In this document: piece after piece, positions 7,776 through 15,840 of the stretch
Layout: each line of letters opens with the position of its first letter
How positions within the stretch are numbered: the first letter of the stretch is position 1
Assembly: GCA_021158005.1 (NCBI GenBank)
Contig: JAGGVN010000075.1
Location: 1-59,575 of the forward strand
Direction of reading: 5' to 3'
DNA length: 59,575 bases
DNA from: Candidatus Aerophobota bacterium
GTDB lineage: Bacteria; Aerophobota; Aerophobia; Aerophobales; JAGGVN01
The notes under the pieces: generated by a model
What the model was told of the DNA's origin: nothing
Databases searched by the model: none
The model's input: only the letters and a program-made list of their open reading frames with translations
Translations under genes and position numbers: made by a program

Positions 7776-9857
7776 TTATCCTACCCCGGATAAATCTAAT
7801 CTTGAAGAATATCTTTGTCTTATTCTTTCCTTTAATCGGGGATATTGATTTAAAAGTGAATCTTTTTCTACTAGCTTAAAAGCCTCCCTTCGAGCAAGAA
7901 ATAGGGTCTCCCTATCTTTTATAAGATCCGCAATTTTAAGATTGAACATACCCCATTGTCTGGTCCCAAAAAATTCTCCTGGACCGCGCAATTTAAGGTC
8001 TTCCTCGGCAATGCGAAATCCATCAGAGGTTCTCTGCATTATTTTCATTCTCCGGACAGCCTCTACCGAAATATTTTTCCCTGTAAGAAGAAAACAATAA
8101 GATTGCTCCGCTCCTCTTCCTACTCTTCCTCTTAATTGATGTAATTGAGCCAAGCCGAAGCGCTCAGCATTTTCTATAACCATTACGGTAGCGTTGGAGA
8201 TATCAATTCCCACTTCTATTACTGTCGTGCAAACAAGAATATCAATATTTTTCTTTCGAAAAGAATTTATTATTTCCTCTTTTTCTTCCTTCCTCATCCG
8301 TCCGTGAAGAAGTCTTACTTTATAATGAGTAAATACTTTCTTTTGAAGATTTTCAGCCATTTCCTGAGCCGATTTTAAGTCCATTTCTTCGGATTCTTCT
8401 ATTAATGGATAGACAAAATATACCTGCCTTCCTTCTTTTAATCTCTCTTTTACAAATTGATAAACATACTCTCTCCTCTCTTCTCTTTCCCAGCGTGTAA
8501 TAACAGGCTTTCTGCCCGGAGGAAGTTCGCTAATGACAGAAATATCGAGATCTCCATAAGAAGTAAGAGCTAAAGTCCGCGGTATAGGAGTAGCGGTCAT
8601 TACCAGAACATCAGGAGATCTTCCTTTATGACGGAGTTTTAATCGTTGCATTACTCCAAATCTATGCTGTTCGTCAATTACCACCATTCCTAAACGATTA
8701 AACTCTACCTCTTCCTGAATTAAAGCGTGCGTTCCTACTACCAAAGATATATCCCCCCTCTTTACTCCTTCCACAATTCTCTTTTTTTCTTTTTGAGGAA
8801 TTTCACTAACCAGAAGAGCTAATCGAATATTTAAAGGAGAAAGAAGCTCTTTTAATGTTATCCAGTGCTGTTGAGCAAGTATTTCTGTAGGAGCCATCAA
8901 TGCCCCCTGATAATCATTAACTACAGCGGTGAGCAAACAGAGAGCCGCCACTATTGTCTTCCCTGAACCTACATCTCCTTGCAGAAGACGATTCATAGGT
9001 CGAAACTCACTCATATCATCCAGCACTTCCTTTATTACTCTCTTTTGAGAAAGAGTGAGAGAAAAAGGAAACAGACGAATAAACTCTTCTATTAATTTTT
9101 TATCTGTCTTAAAGGAAATCCCTCTTTCTTCTTTACATTTCTTTCTTTTCAGAGCTAAGCTGACCTGCAGGAGAAAAAGTTCTTCAAAGACGAGTCTTCT
9201 CCGAGCCTCCTTTTGTAAAGAGAAGTTCTCCGGAAAATGAATATTACATATTGCTTCTCGAAAAGGGATAAAAGAATAACGCTCTTTTATTTCCCGGGGC
9301 AAAGAGTCCTGAAGATAAATAGACTTTTCTTCAAGATTTCTTTTAATAATCTGACGCATTAATCTTTGAGACAACCCTTCAGTAAGAGGATAAAAAGGGA
9401 CAATTCTATTCAGGAAAAGAGAATCCTCCTTGCCAGTTAAAAGTTCGAAATCCTCCACTTTAATCTGTTTTTCGAAATTCCACTCCACTTTTCCACTTAA
9501 AATAACCTCTTCTCCTCTTTTTAGAAGACGGGCTACATAATCCTGATTATACCAGATAGCGTAAATAATTCCTGTCTCATCTTTTATTACCGCTTTGGTA
9601 ATAGAAAGATTGGAACGAACTTTACGACAATTAATTAGCAGTATCTTACCGCGCACTACATATCTTTTTCCTGATAATACCCGCCTAATAGGAGTAATCC
9701 GAGAGCGGTCTTCATAATAAAGAGGTAAATGCCAGAAAAGGTCAAAAATAGTCTTAATTCCCAATTTCTTGAGAAGAATTGCTCTTTTCTCTCCCACTCC
9801 TTTGGCATAACGCACCGGCGAGAAAAGATTAGAAACTTCCGCGGAAAAATTTTTCAT
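7776..9857 (-). CDS. recG: ATP-dependent DNA helicase RecG
   Basis: Wedge/OB N-terminal region. Helicase motifs LLQGDVGSGKT, VVIDEQHRFG, MTATPIPRT, LHGRM, and QLHQLRGRVGRG near the C-terminus. Confidence 0.95.
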   Translation of the reverse strand: MKNFSAEVSNLFSPVRYAKGVGEKRAILLKKLGIKTIFDLFWHLPLYYEDRSRITPIRRVLSGKRYVVRGKILLINCRKVRSNLSITKAVIKDETGIIYAIWYNQDYVARLLKRGEEVILSGKVEWNFEKQIKVEDFELLTGKEDSLFLNRIVPFYPLTEGLSQRLMRQIIKRNLEEKSIYLQDSLPREIKERYSFIPFREAICNIHFPENFSLQKEARRRLVFEELFLLQVSLALKRKKCKEERGISFKTDKKLIEEFIRLFPFSLTLSQKRVIKEVLDDMSEFRPMNRLLQGDVGSGKTIVAALCLLTAVVNDYQGALMAPTEILAQQHWITLKELLSPLNIRLALLVSEIPQKEKKRIVEGVKRGDISLVVGTHALIQEEVEFNRLGMVVIDEQHRFGVMQRLKLRHKGRSPDVLVMTATPIPRTLALTSYGDLDISVISELPPGRKPVITRWEREERREYVYQFVKERLKEGRQVYFVYPLIEESEEMDLKSAQEMAENLQKKVFTHYKVRLLHGRMRKEEKEEIINSFRKKNIDILVCTTVIEVGIDISNATVMVIENAERFGLAQLHQLRGRVGRGAEQSYCFLLTGKNISVEAVRRMKIMQRTSDGFRIAEEDLKLRGPGEFFGTRQWGMFNLKIADLIKDRETLFLARREAFKLVEKDSLLNQYPRLKERIRQRYSSRLDLSGVG

Positions 9858-9953
9858 TTTTCTCTTAATTTAATCTCCAATTATTCCTCTCGGCAATCAT
9901 TAAAACTCCCAATTATCCTGGTGTAATACCTCCGTCTTATTAATCAAAAAACA

Positions 9954-9981
9954 TTGCCACTTTTTAAAAATATGGTATAGT
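9954..9981 (+). promoter_or_regulatory. Sigma70-like promoter upstream of rpmB
   Basis: TTGCCA (9954-9959), 16-nt spacer, TATAGT (9976-9981) preceded by a TGG extended -10. Lies ~30 nt upstream of the AGGAG SD and ATG of rpmB. Confidence 0.45.
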
Positions 9982-10012
9982 TAAATAAAGTTATCTTTAA
10001 AGGAGTTTCATT

Positions 10013-10204
10013 ATGAGCCGCGTATGCCAAATATGTGGTAAAAGAGCGAGCACCGGACATACAGTAAGTAAATCCGGACGTAAGGTGAAGAGAAGATGGT
10101 TACCCAACCTCCAGCATATCAAAATTAAGAAAGAGGGAAGTATTAAAAGAGCTTACATCTGTACCCGCTGTCTCCGTAGTGGGAAAGTAGAAAAGGTAAT
10201 TTAA
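10013..10204 (+). CDS. rpmB: 50S ribosomal protein L28
   Basis: MSRVCQICGK...GHTVSKSGRKVKRRWLPNLQ is the canonical L28 N-terminus. Size is 63 aa. Confidence 0.9.
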   Translation: MSRVCQICGKRASTGHTVSKSGRKVKRRWLPNLQHIKIKKEGSIKRAYICTRCLRSGKVEKVI

Positions 10205-11364
10205 TCAGAGATTTCTATTTGTCTTCTTTGCTGAAAAAACTTCCCCTCGCTCTTTATAGAAGGGGCAATTGCTACTTCCACACGGTGCATCTCTCTTATA
10301 TTTCTTACTCCACAATAACCCATACAAGTCTTTATTGCCCAGATTAAGTTCTGAGAACCGTCGTCCAGTTTAGCCGGACCGTAGAGAATCTCTCGAAGGG
10401 TTCCGGAGGTTCCCACTTTAACTCTTGCTCCCCGGGGAAGATTCTCATCGGAAGTAGCCATCCCCCAATGGTATCCTTTCCCTGGAGCTTCCTTTGCCCG
10501 GGCAAACGCAGAACCCAACATTACTGCATCTGCTCCCGAAGCTAATGCTTTGCAGATATCCCCTCCTGTTTTCATCCCACCATCAGTAATAATAGGGATG
10601 TAAGTGCCGCTCTTTCTAAAATAATCATCACGAGCACAGGCTACATCTATGGTAGCTGTAACCTGAGGAACTCCTACTCCTAAAACTTCCCGGGTGGTAC
10701 AAGCTGCTCCGGGTCCTACCCCTACTAAAAGAGCTTTTATGCCGGTGCTCATAAGTTCATAAGCAACTTCATAAGTAACGCAATTCCCTGCTATTACAGG
10801 AATAGGGAGCTTATGACAAAACTCTTCCAGGTCTAATCCTTTCCTCCTTGAAGATATATATTCCACCGTAACCACTGTAGCTTGAACTACAAAGATATCC
10901 ACACCCGCTTTCTGAGCAATAGGAGCAAAATCTCCTGCTCTCTGAGGAGTAGAAGAGACAGCTACGGGAACATTGGCTCTTTTTACTTCTTTGATTCTTC
11001 TCTCAATTAATTCTTCTTTAATAGGTTTTTGATAAATCTCCTGGATTATTTTCACCGCTTCTTGAGGGGAAGAATAAATAATATCTCTTATTACCTTGGA
11101 AGGATTCTTGTAGCGAGTCTGAATTCCTTCCAGGTTAAGCACAGCAACTCCTCCTGACTTCCCCATTTCTATAGCAAAATTTATATCAACCACTCCATCC
11201 ATTGCAGAAGCTAATATAGGAATAGTAAATTTTAAATTTCCTATTTGCCAGCTAATATCCACATCCTGAGGATCAACTGTTCTTCTCCCAGGAACAAGAG
11301 CTATTTCATCAAACCCATAAGCCCTTCTTACTTTTTTTCCCTTTCCTATAAAAAATTTCTCCAT
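10201..11364 (-). CDS. IMP dehydrogenase-family protein lacking the CBS pair (GuaB3-like)
   Basis: IMPDH TIM-barrel motifs (ILASAMDGV, GVGPGAACTTREVLGVGVPQ with the active-site-loop Cys, ITDGGMKTGGDICKALASGADAVMLGS). At 387 aa it has no CBS insertion. Confidence 0.85.
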   Translation of the reverse strand: MEKFFIGKGKKVRRAYGFDEIALVPGRRTVDPQDVDISWQIGNLKFTIPILASAMDGVVDINFAIEMGKSGGVAVLNLEGIQTRYKNPSKVIRDIIYSSPQEAVKIIQEIYQKPIKEELIERRIKEVKRANVPVAVSSTPQRAGDFAPIAQKAGVDIFVVQATVVTVEYISSRRKGLDLEEFCHKLPIPVIAGNCVTYEVAYELMSTGIKALLVGVGPGAACTTREVLGVGVPQVTATIDVACARDDYFRKSGTYIPIITDGGMKTGGDICKALASGADAVMLGSAFARAKEAPGKGYHWGMATSDENLPRGARVKVGTSGTLREILYGPAKLDDGSQNLIWAIKTCMGYCGVRNIREMHRVEVAIAPSIKSEGKFFQQRRQIEISD

Positions 11365-11412
11365 TTTCTCACCTACTCGTTTGGTTATCTTTAATCAAAT
11401 TGCAAAAACTGA

Positions 11413-12508
11413 CTAATTCCTTAAGGACCTTCTGAGGGAAGCTTTTATAAAATCATCAATTTCCCCCTCGAATACCTCTTCTACATCGCTTTTTTCTATC
11501 CCTGTGCGGTGATCTTTTACCAATCTGTAGGGATGAAGAATATAAGAACGACGTTGACTACCCCATTCTATTTTTGCTTTTTTTTCATGCCTCTCTCTTA
11601 TCTCTTTCTCTTTCTCTAATTCTCGTAAGTTATATAAACGAGCTTTAAGTATTTTCATCGCGGTAACTTTGTTCTGGTGTTGAGAACGCTGATCCTGACA
11701 CTGCACAATTATTCCTGTAGGTAAGTGAGTGATACGAATAGCTGAATCGGTAACATTTACATGTTGTCCTCCTGGGCCTCCCGCTCGATAAGTATCAATT
11801 CTTAAGTCTTCTTCCTTAATCTCTACCTCGTCTTCTTCTATTTCAGGAATTACATCTACGGCTGCAAAAGAAGTATGACGTCGATGGGACGCATCAAAAG
11901 GAGATATACGCACCAACCTGTGGATCCCTATCTCTTCCTTAAGATACCCATAACTGAACTTTCCCTCTACTATTAATGTAGCTGTCTTTATCCCCGCTTC
12001 TTCACCAGGCATATATTCCACTACTCTTGTTTTATACCCTTTTTTCTCGGCCCAATGTAAATACATCCTCAGTAAAATCTGGGCCCAATCACAGGAATCG
12101 GTTCCTCCGGCCCCAGGGTGAATGGACAAAATAGCATTAGCCTTATCGTATTTTCCTTCTAATAAAGATTCTACAGTTAATACATCTGCTTCCCTCTCTA
12201 GGAGCACTAACTTCTCTCTTAGTTCCTTTAAAAGACCCTCATCTTCCTCCTCTCTTAAAAGTTCTATTAATGAAAAAACTTCCTCATACAAATAAGAAAG
12301 GGTCTTTAGTTTTTCCTCTCTTTCTTTAAGATAATTTAACTCCTGAAGGATTTTTACCTGATTCTCTTTCCAGAATTTTTCTCGAGATAAATTTTCTTCT
12401 AATTCTTTTATTCTCTTCTTCTCCCCCTTTACTTCAAAAATACCTCCATAATTGGTCTATTTCTGACTTAATCTGCTTTAAGCGAGAAAAATACTCCTCT
12501 ATTTCCAT
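11413..12508 (-). CDS. prfB: Peptide chain release factor 2, requiring a programmed +1 frameshift at the in-frame UGA (12436..12434)
   Basis: The frame-0 ORF starts at ATG 12508 (MEIEEYFSRLKQIKSEIDQLWRYF) and stops at TGA. Shifting +1 continues EVKGEKKRIKELEENLSREKFW... in frame with the tracked ORF 11413..12291 (12435-12291 = 144 nt). The body has GGQHVN (GGQ motif). Confidence 0.9.
12434..12447 (-). other. prfB recoding site: SD-like GGAGG, then UAU UUU UGA A
   Basis: Minus-strand sequence is TGG AGG TAT TTT TGA AGT. This has the same architecture as the E. coli site (AGGGGG UAU CUU UGA C), but with a UUU slip codon. Confidence 0.85.
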
Positions 12509-12538
12509 TTTTATCTCCCTAAATTATCTTATTAATTA

Positions 12539-12567
12539 ATAATATCATAAGCCGTAGTCTCTGTCAA
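12539..12567 (-). promoter_or_regulatory. Sigma70-like promoter for prfB
   Basis: Minus strand: TTGACA (12567..12562), 17-nt spacer, TATTAT (12544..12539). Lies ~30 nt upstream of the prfB ATG, with an AGGGAG SD in between. Confidence 0.45.
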
Positions 12568-12627
12568 TTAATGCGGTAAATAGGTTAGGAGATTGTTACC
12601 AAGGGGAATTCTTTACAGGGGGATATT

Positions 12628-12656
12628 TTGACTTTTTCTCTGCAGTAATTTATAAT
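12628..12656 (+). promoter_or_regulatory. Near-consensus sigma70-like promoter ~260 nt upstream of argD
   Basis: TTGACT (12628-12633), 17-nt spacer, TATAAT (12651-12656). The next annotated start is argD at 12918. Confidence 0.4.
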
Positions 12657-12917
12657 ATTCTAATCTGCACTTAATAATTTCTTTTGTTTCTTTCTAATTC
12701 GGAATTTCCTACTTTACTTGGAGTATACAAACTTCCATAATTTCTCTAAATAAGTTATCGAACCAGAGAAAGGATATGGTGAGAAGCAAATTGGGCCACG
12801 CAAAGGAGATATTTTTTCTTCAGATCCTTTACAAGCTCATATTATAAAAATAAAAGATAGAAAGCCAAAAACCAGATTATAAAAAGAACTCTGGTTATAC
12901 AGAAGGAAAAGCTAAAA

Positions 12918-14117
12918 ATGGATACTCAAAAAATAATAGAATTAAGCGAAAAATTCTTAATGCGTACTTACGCTCGCCTTCCCTTAATAATTGATAAAGG
13001 GAAGGGAATAAAGGTTTGGGATAAAGAAGGTAAAGAATATCTTGATTTTATCTCGGGAATAGGAGTAAATGCTATTGGTCATTCTCACCCAAAAATATTA
13101 AAGACTATAAAGAAGCAGTCCCAAAAACTTCTTCATTGTTCTAATCTTTATTATATTGAACCTCAAATAAAATTAGCAGAAAAATTATCTTATCTCTCCT
13201 TTGCCGATAAAGTATTTTTTTCTAATTCCGGAGCCGAGGCTAATGAAGCGGCTATAAAGTTAGCGCGTAAATTTGGAGTAAAAAAAAGTGGTAAAGAAAA
13301 TGAATGTTATGAAATAATTACTATGGAGAATTCCTTCCATGGAAGAACTCTAACTACAATTACGGCAACCGGACAGACTAAATATCAAAAGGGATTCTCT
13401 CCTCTTCCGCCAGGATTTAAGTATGCTCCTTTTAATAACCTTAAGGGAGTCGAAAGAATAATTTCTAAAAAAACCTGCGCCATAATGATAGAACCTATTC
13501 AGGGAGAAGGAGGAATAAATATAGCTAAGGAAAGTTTTCTTAAGGGTTTGCGAGAGCTCTGCGACAAAAAAGAAATTCTATTAATTCTTGATGAAGTCCA
13601 GTGTGGACTGGGAAGAACAGGAAAGTTATTTGCTTATCAGCATTATGGAATTGAACCTGATATAATGACCCTGGCTAAACCTCTTGGAGGAGGATTACCC
13701 ATCGGAGCAACTTTAGCTAAGGAAAGTGTGGCTTCCTGCTTTGAACCGGGAGATCATGCCTCTACATTTGGGGGAAACCCTTTAGTTTGTGCCTGTGCCT
13801 TAACTTTTTTAGAAATCCTTGAGGAAGAAAATCTGGTAGAAAAAGCACAGAAGAGGGGGGAATACTTTAAAAATAAATTAAACGGATTAAAGAAGAAATT
13901 TCCTTTTATTAAAGAGATCAGAGGAAAAGGATTAATGGTTGGTATAGAACTTAAGTTTGAAGCTAAAAATATTGTAGAGGAGTGTCGAAAAGAAGGACTT
14001 CTCATTAACTCTACTTCTAAAAATGTCCTTCGTTTCCTTCCCCCCTTAATTGTAAAAGAGAATGAGATTAATCAAGCTGTGGAGATTTTGAACAGAGTCT
14101 TATCCCGTAGGAAATAA
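12918..14117 (+). CDS. argD: Acetylornithine aminotransferase (class III PLP aminotransferase)
   Basis: GIGVNAIGHSHP, HCSNLYYIEPQ, NSGAEANEAAIKLAR, ILDEVQCGLGRTG, TLAKPLGGGLPIG (PLP lysine context), STFGGNPL. Confidence 0.85.
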   Translation: MDTQKIIELSEKFLMRTYARLPLIIDKGKGIKVWDKEGKEYLDFISGIGVNAIGHSHPKILKTIKKQSQKLLHCSNLYYIEPQIKLAEKLSYLSFADKVFFSNSGAEANEAAIKLARKFGVKKSGKENECYEIITMENSFHGRTLTTITATGQTKYQKGFSPLPPGFKYAPFNNLKGVERIISKKTCAIMIEPIQGEGGINIAKESFLKGLRELCDKKEILLILDEVQCGLGRTGKLFAYQHYGIEPDIMTLAKPLGGGLPIGATLAKESVASCFEPGDHASTFGGNPLVCACALTFLEILEEENLVEKAQKRGEYFKNKLNGLKKKFPFIKEIRGKGLMVGIELKFEAKNIVEECRKEGLLINSTSKNVLRFLPPLIVKENEINQAVEILNRVLSRRK

Positions 14118-14120
14118 GTA

Positions 14121-14154
14121 AGTCCTTCTTCTAAAAAATGCAGAATTAAGGACT
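14121..14154 (+). terminator. Weak hairpin just after the argD stop
   Basis: AGTCCTT (14121-14127) pairs with AAGGACT (14148-14154). There is no clear U-tract. Confidence 0.25.
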
Positions 14155-14294
14155 ATCACTGTCCGAGATCCCCGCGCTACAGTAACGTTAAAGCTCACCT
14201 TCGATAAAGTAACTTGTGGGGACATCTCCGCGAAAGAAATAATCTAACGGTTATTGCGAGGGATAGAATTCCGAAGCAAACTTTCTACTTAATC

Positions 14295-15644
14295 TTACTC
14301 CACGGGCGTATGGGATATCTCGTACTTTTGCTGAAGAGCCCGAGGTTCTTTAGAACCGGGATTGCGAAAATAGACAGCTATTTTCGAAGCCATCTCCTTA
14401 GCCTTTTCTGGATAATCATCTATGAGATTATTCTTCTCTTGAGAATCTTCTTTCAAATTATAAAGTTCATCTTTTTGTCCTTTTGGTCTTAAAATAAAGC
14501 TCCATTCTTTATCTCGTATACATCGATGCGCTGAGTCATGGTATCCGGTTATTATATACTCTCTTATCTTATCTTTCTTTCCTTCTACTACTGGCTGTAT
14601 ACTTCTTCCTTGCATACCTTCAGTCTCTTTTGAGAGGTTTATAATCTCAAGAATTGTAGGTAAGATATCGCTTGTCAAAATTAGCTCATCAATTCTTTTT
14701 CCTGCATAAAGTCCACCTGGATATTTAATTAATAGAGGAATTCTCAGGAGCTCACTATATAAGTTATCGGGAGTCTTCATAATTGAGCCGTGATCTCCAT
14801 GAGGATGTCCATGGTCAGATAAAAAAATAATTAAGGATTCATCATATATCTTTAGCTCTTTTATCTTGTTAAAAAGATGGCCAATCCATTTATCTACAAA
14901 ACTTACTTCTCCCGCATAGAGTCCTCTTACATACTTTAATTCTTCTTCCGTCATCCAGTCTACTTTACCATACTTGGGATGAATTAATTTCTTACCCTTG
15001 TAACCGGGATCAGTATATTTTTTATCAAAGGGAGAAGGAGGATCCCAGGGTTCATGCGGGTCAAAACAGTCAACCCATAAGAAGAAGTCATCATGCTTAT
15101 AATTAGCTTCAAGCCAGGCTATAGTTTCCTGAACTACCTGAGCTACGAAATAATCTTCTTCTTTTTCTCGACCTTCTATATTCTTTAAATATTGCCGGAG
15201 GAGTCTTTCGCTGATATCTCCTTTTATAGCCGATTTTATGAAGTCATTAATGTTTTTACTACTTGGGCCAGATTTATAAGCATCAGCTTCCTGACCTCTT
15301 ATCCATCTAAAAACATGAAAGCCTCGGTGAAAGTTCATCCCTGGTTTAGCTAAATGGTAAGTATCCGTAATTAAAGCAGTGAGATATCCATATCTTCTGA
15401 GTATTTCTGCTACTGTGATATCCTCCTTAGTTAAAGGTTGCCAGGGCCGGTAAGGTAAGGTATATTGACCGGTGAACAAAGCTGTTCTTACAGGAATAGT
15501 AGGAAGAGCTTCAGGGTAGGCATTTTCAAATATTACGCTCTCCTTGGCTAAAGCATCTATATTAGGAGTTTCTATCCACTCATTACCGTAACATCCCAGA
15601 TGATCCTTTCTTAAACTATCCGCCAAAATCACTATCACCTTCAT
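14295..15644 (-). CDS. Sulfatase-fold (alkaline-phosphatase superfamily) hydrolase, cytoplasmic, with Thr at the nucleophile position
   Basis: ILADSLRKDHLGCYGN, TPNIDALA, ENAY, then T-I-P-V-R-TALFTGQ where sulfatases carry C/S-x-P-x-R-xxxxTG. Late motif LSDHGHPHGDHG. No signal peptide. Confidence 0.85.
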   Translation of the reverse strand: MKVIVILADSLRKDHLGCYGNEWIETPNIDALAKESVIFENAYPEALPTIPVRTALFTGQYTLPYRPWQPLTKEDITVAEILRRYGYLTALITDTYHLAKPGMNFHRGFHVFRWIRGQEADAYKSGPSSKNINDFIKSAIKGDISERLLRQYLKNIEGREKEEDYFVAQVVQETIAWLEANYKHDDFFLWVDCFDPHEPWDPPSPFDKKYTDPGYKGKKLIHPKYGKVDWMTEEELKYVRGLYAGEVSFVDKWIGHLFNKIKELKIYDESLIIFLSDHGHPHGDHGSIMKTPDNLYSELLRIPLLIKYPGGLYAGKRIDELILTSDILPTILEIINLSKETEGMQGRSIQPVVEGKKDKIREYIITGYHDSAHRCIRDKEWSFILRPKGQKDELYNLKEDSQEKNNLIDDYPEKAKEMASKIAVYFRNPGSKEPRALQQKYEISHTPVE

Positions 15645-15840
15645 TCAAACCCTCCTTAAAAATAGGCAAAGTAACCGAAAAGTTTTGCTTTCTTCGGACA
15701 TAAATTTCTCTCTTTCTTTTGCTAAAGATACATTAGGTAGCGTATATAATGTTCCTGACAATAAACCCCGGCATACTACATAAATCTTCTACAAATCTAA
15801 TACAGGTATTAGGAAGTATCCAGATTACCTGAAAAAGACT

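Noticed and set aside
12776-12847. 23-codon upstream ORF in the argD leader as an attenuation leader peptide
   Set aside because: It contains only one Arg codon and has a poorly spaced SD. I could not define an obvious terminator/antiterminator alternative. It is mentioned under the leader finding but not called as a feature.
14155-14294. A locally GC-richer convergent intergenic segment with possible long-range pairing (GAGATCCCC at ~14166 with GGGGACATCTC at ~14219) and a small TAACGGTTA palindrome, possibly a structured RNA
   Set aside because: The pairing is short and bulged. I recognise no known RNA family and cannot assess covariation from one sequence. The evidence is insufficient to call a feature.
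14214-14492. 92-aa plus-strand ORF after argD
   Set aside because: It runs antisense through the conserved 3' end of the sulfatase-fold gene and has a hydrophobic, low-complexity translation. I consider it a shadow ORF.
6351-15644. The idea that the FGE-fold protein (6351-7772) is the maturase for the sulfatase-fold protein (14295-15644)
   Set aside because: The sulfatase-fold protein has Thr, not Cys or Ser, at the modification site and is cytoplasmic. The FGE-fold protein lacks the second catalytic Cys, is signal-anchored, and lies 6.5 kb away in a different transcription unit.
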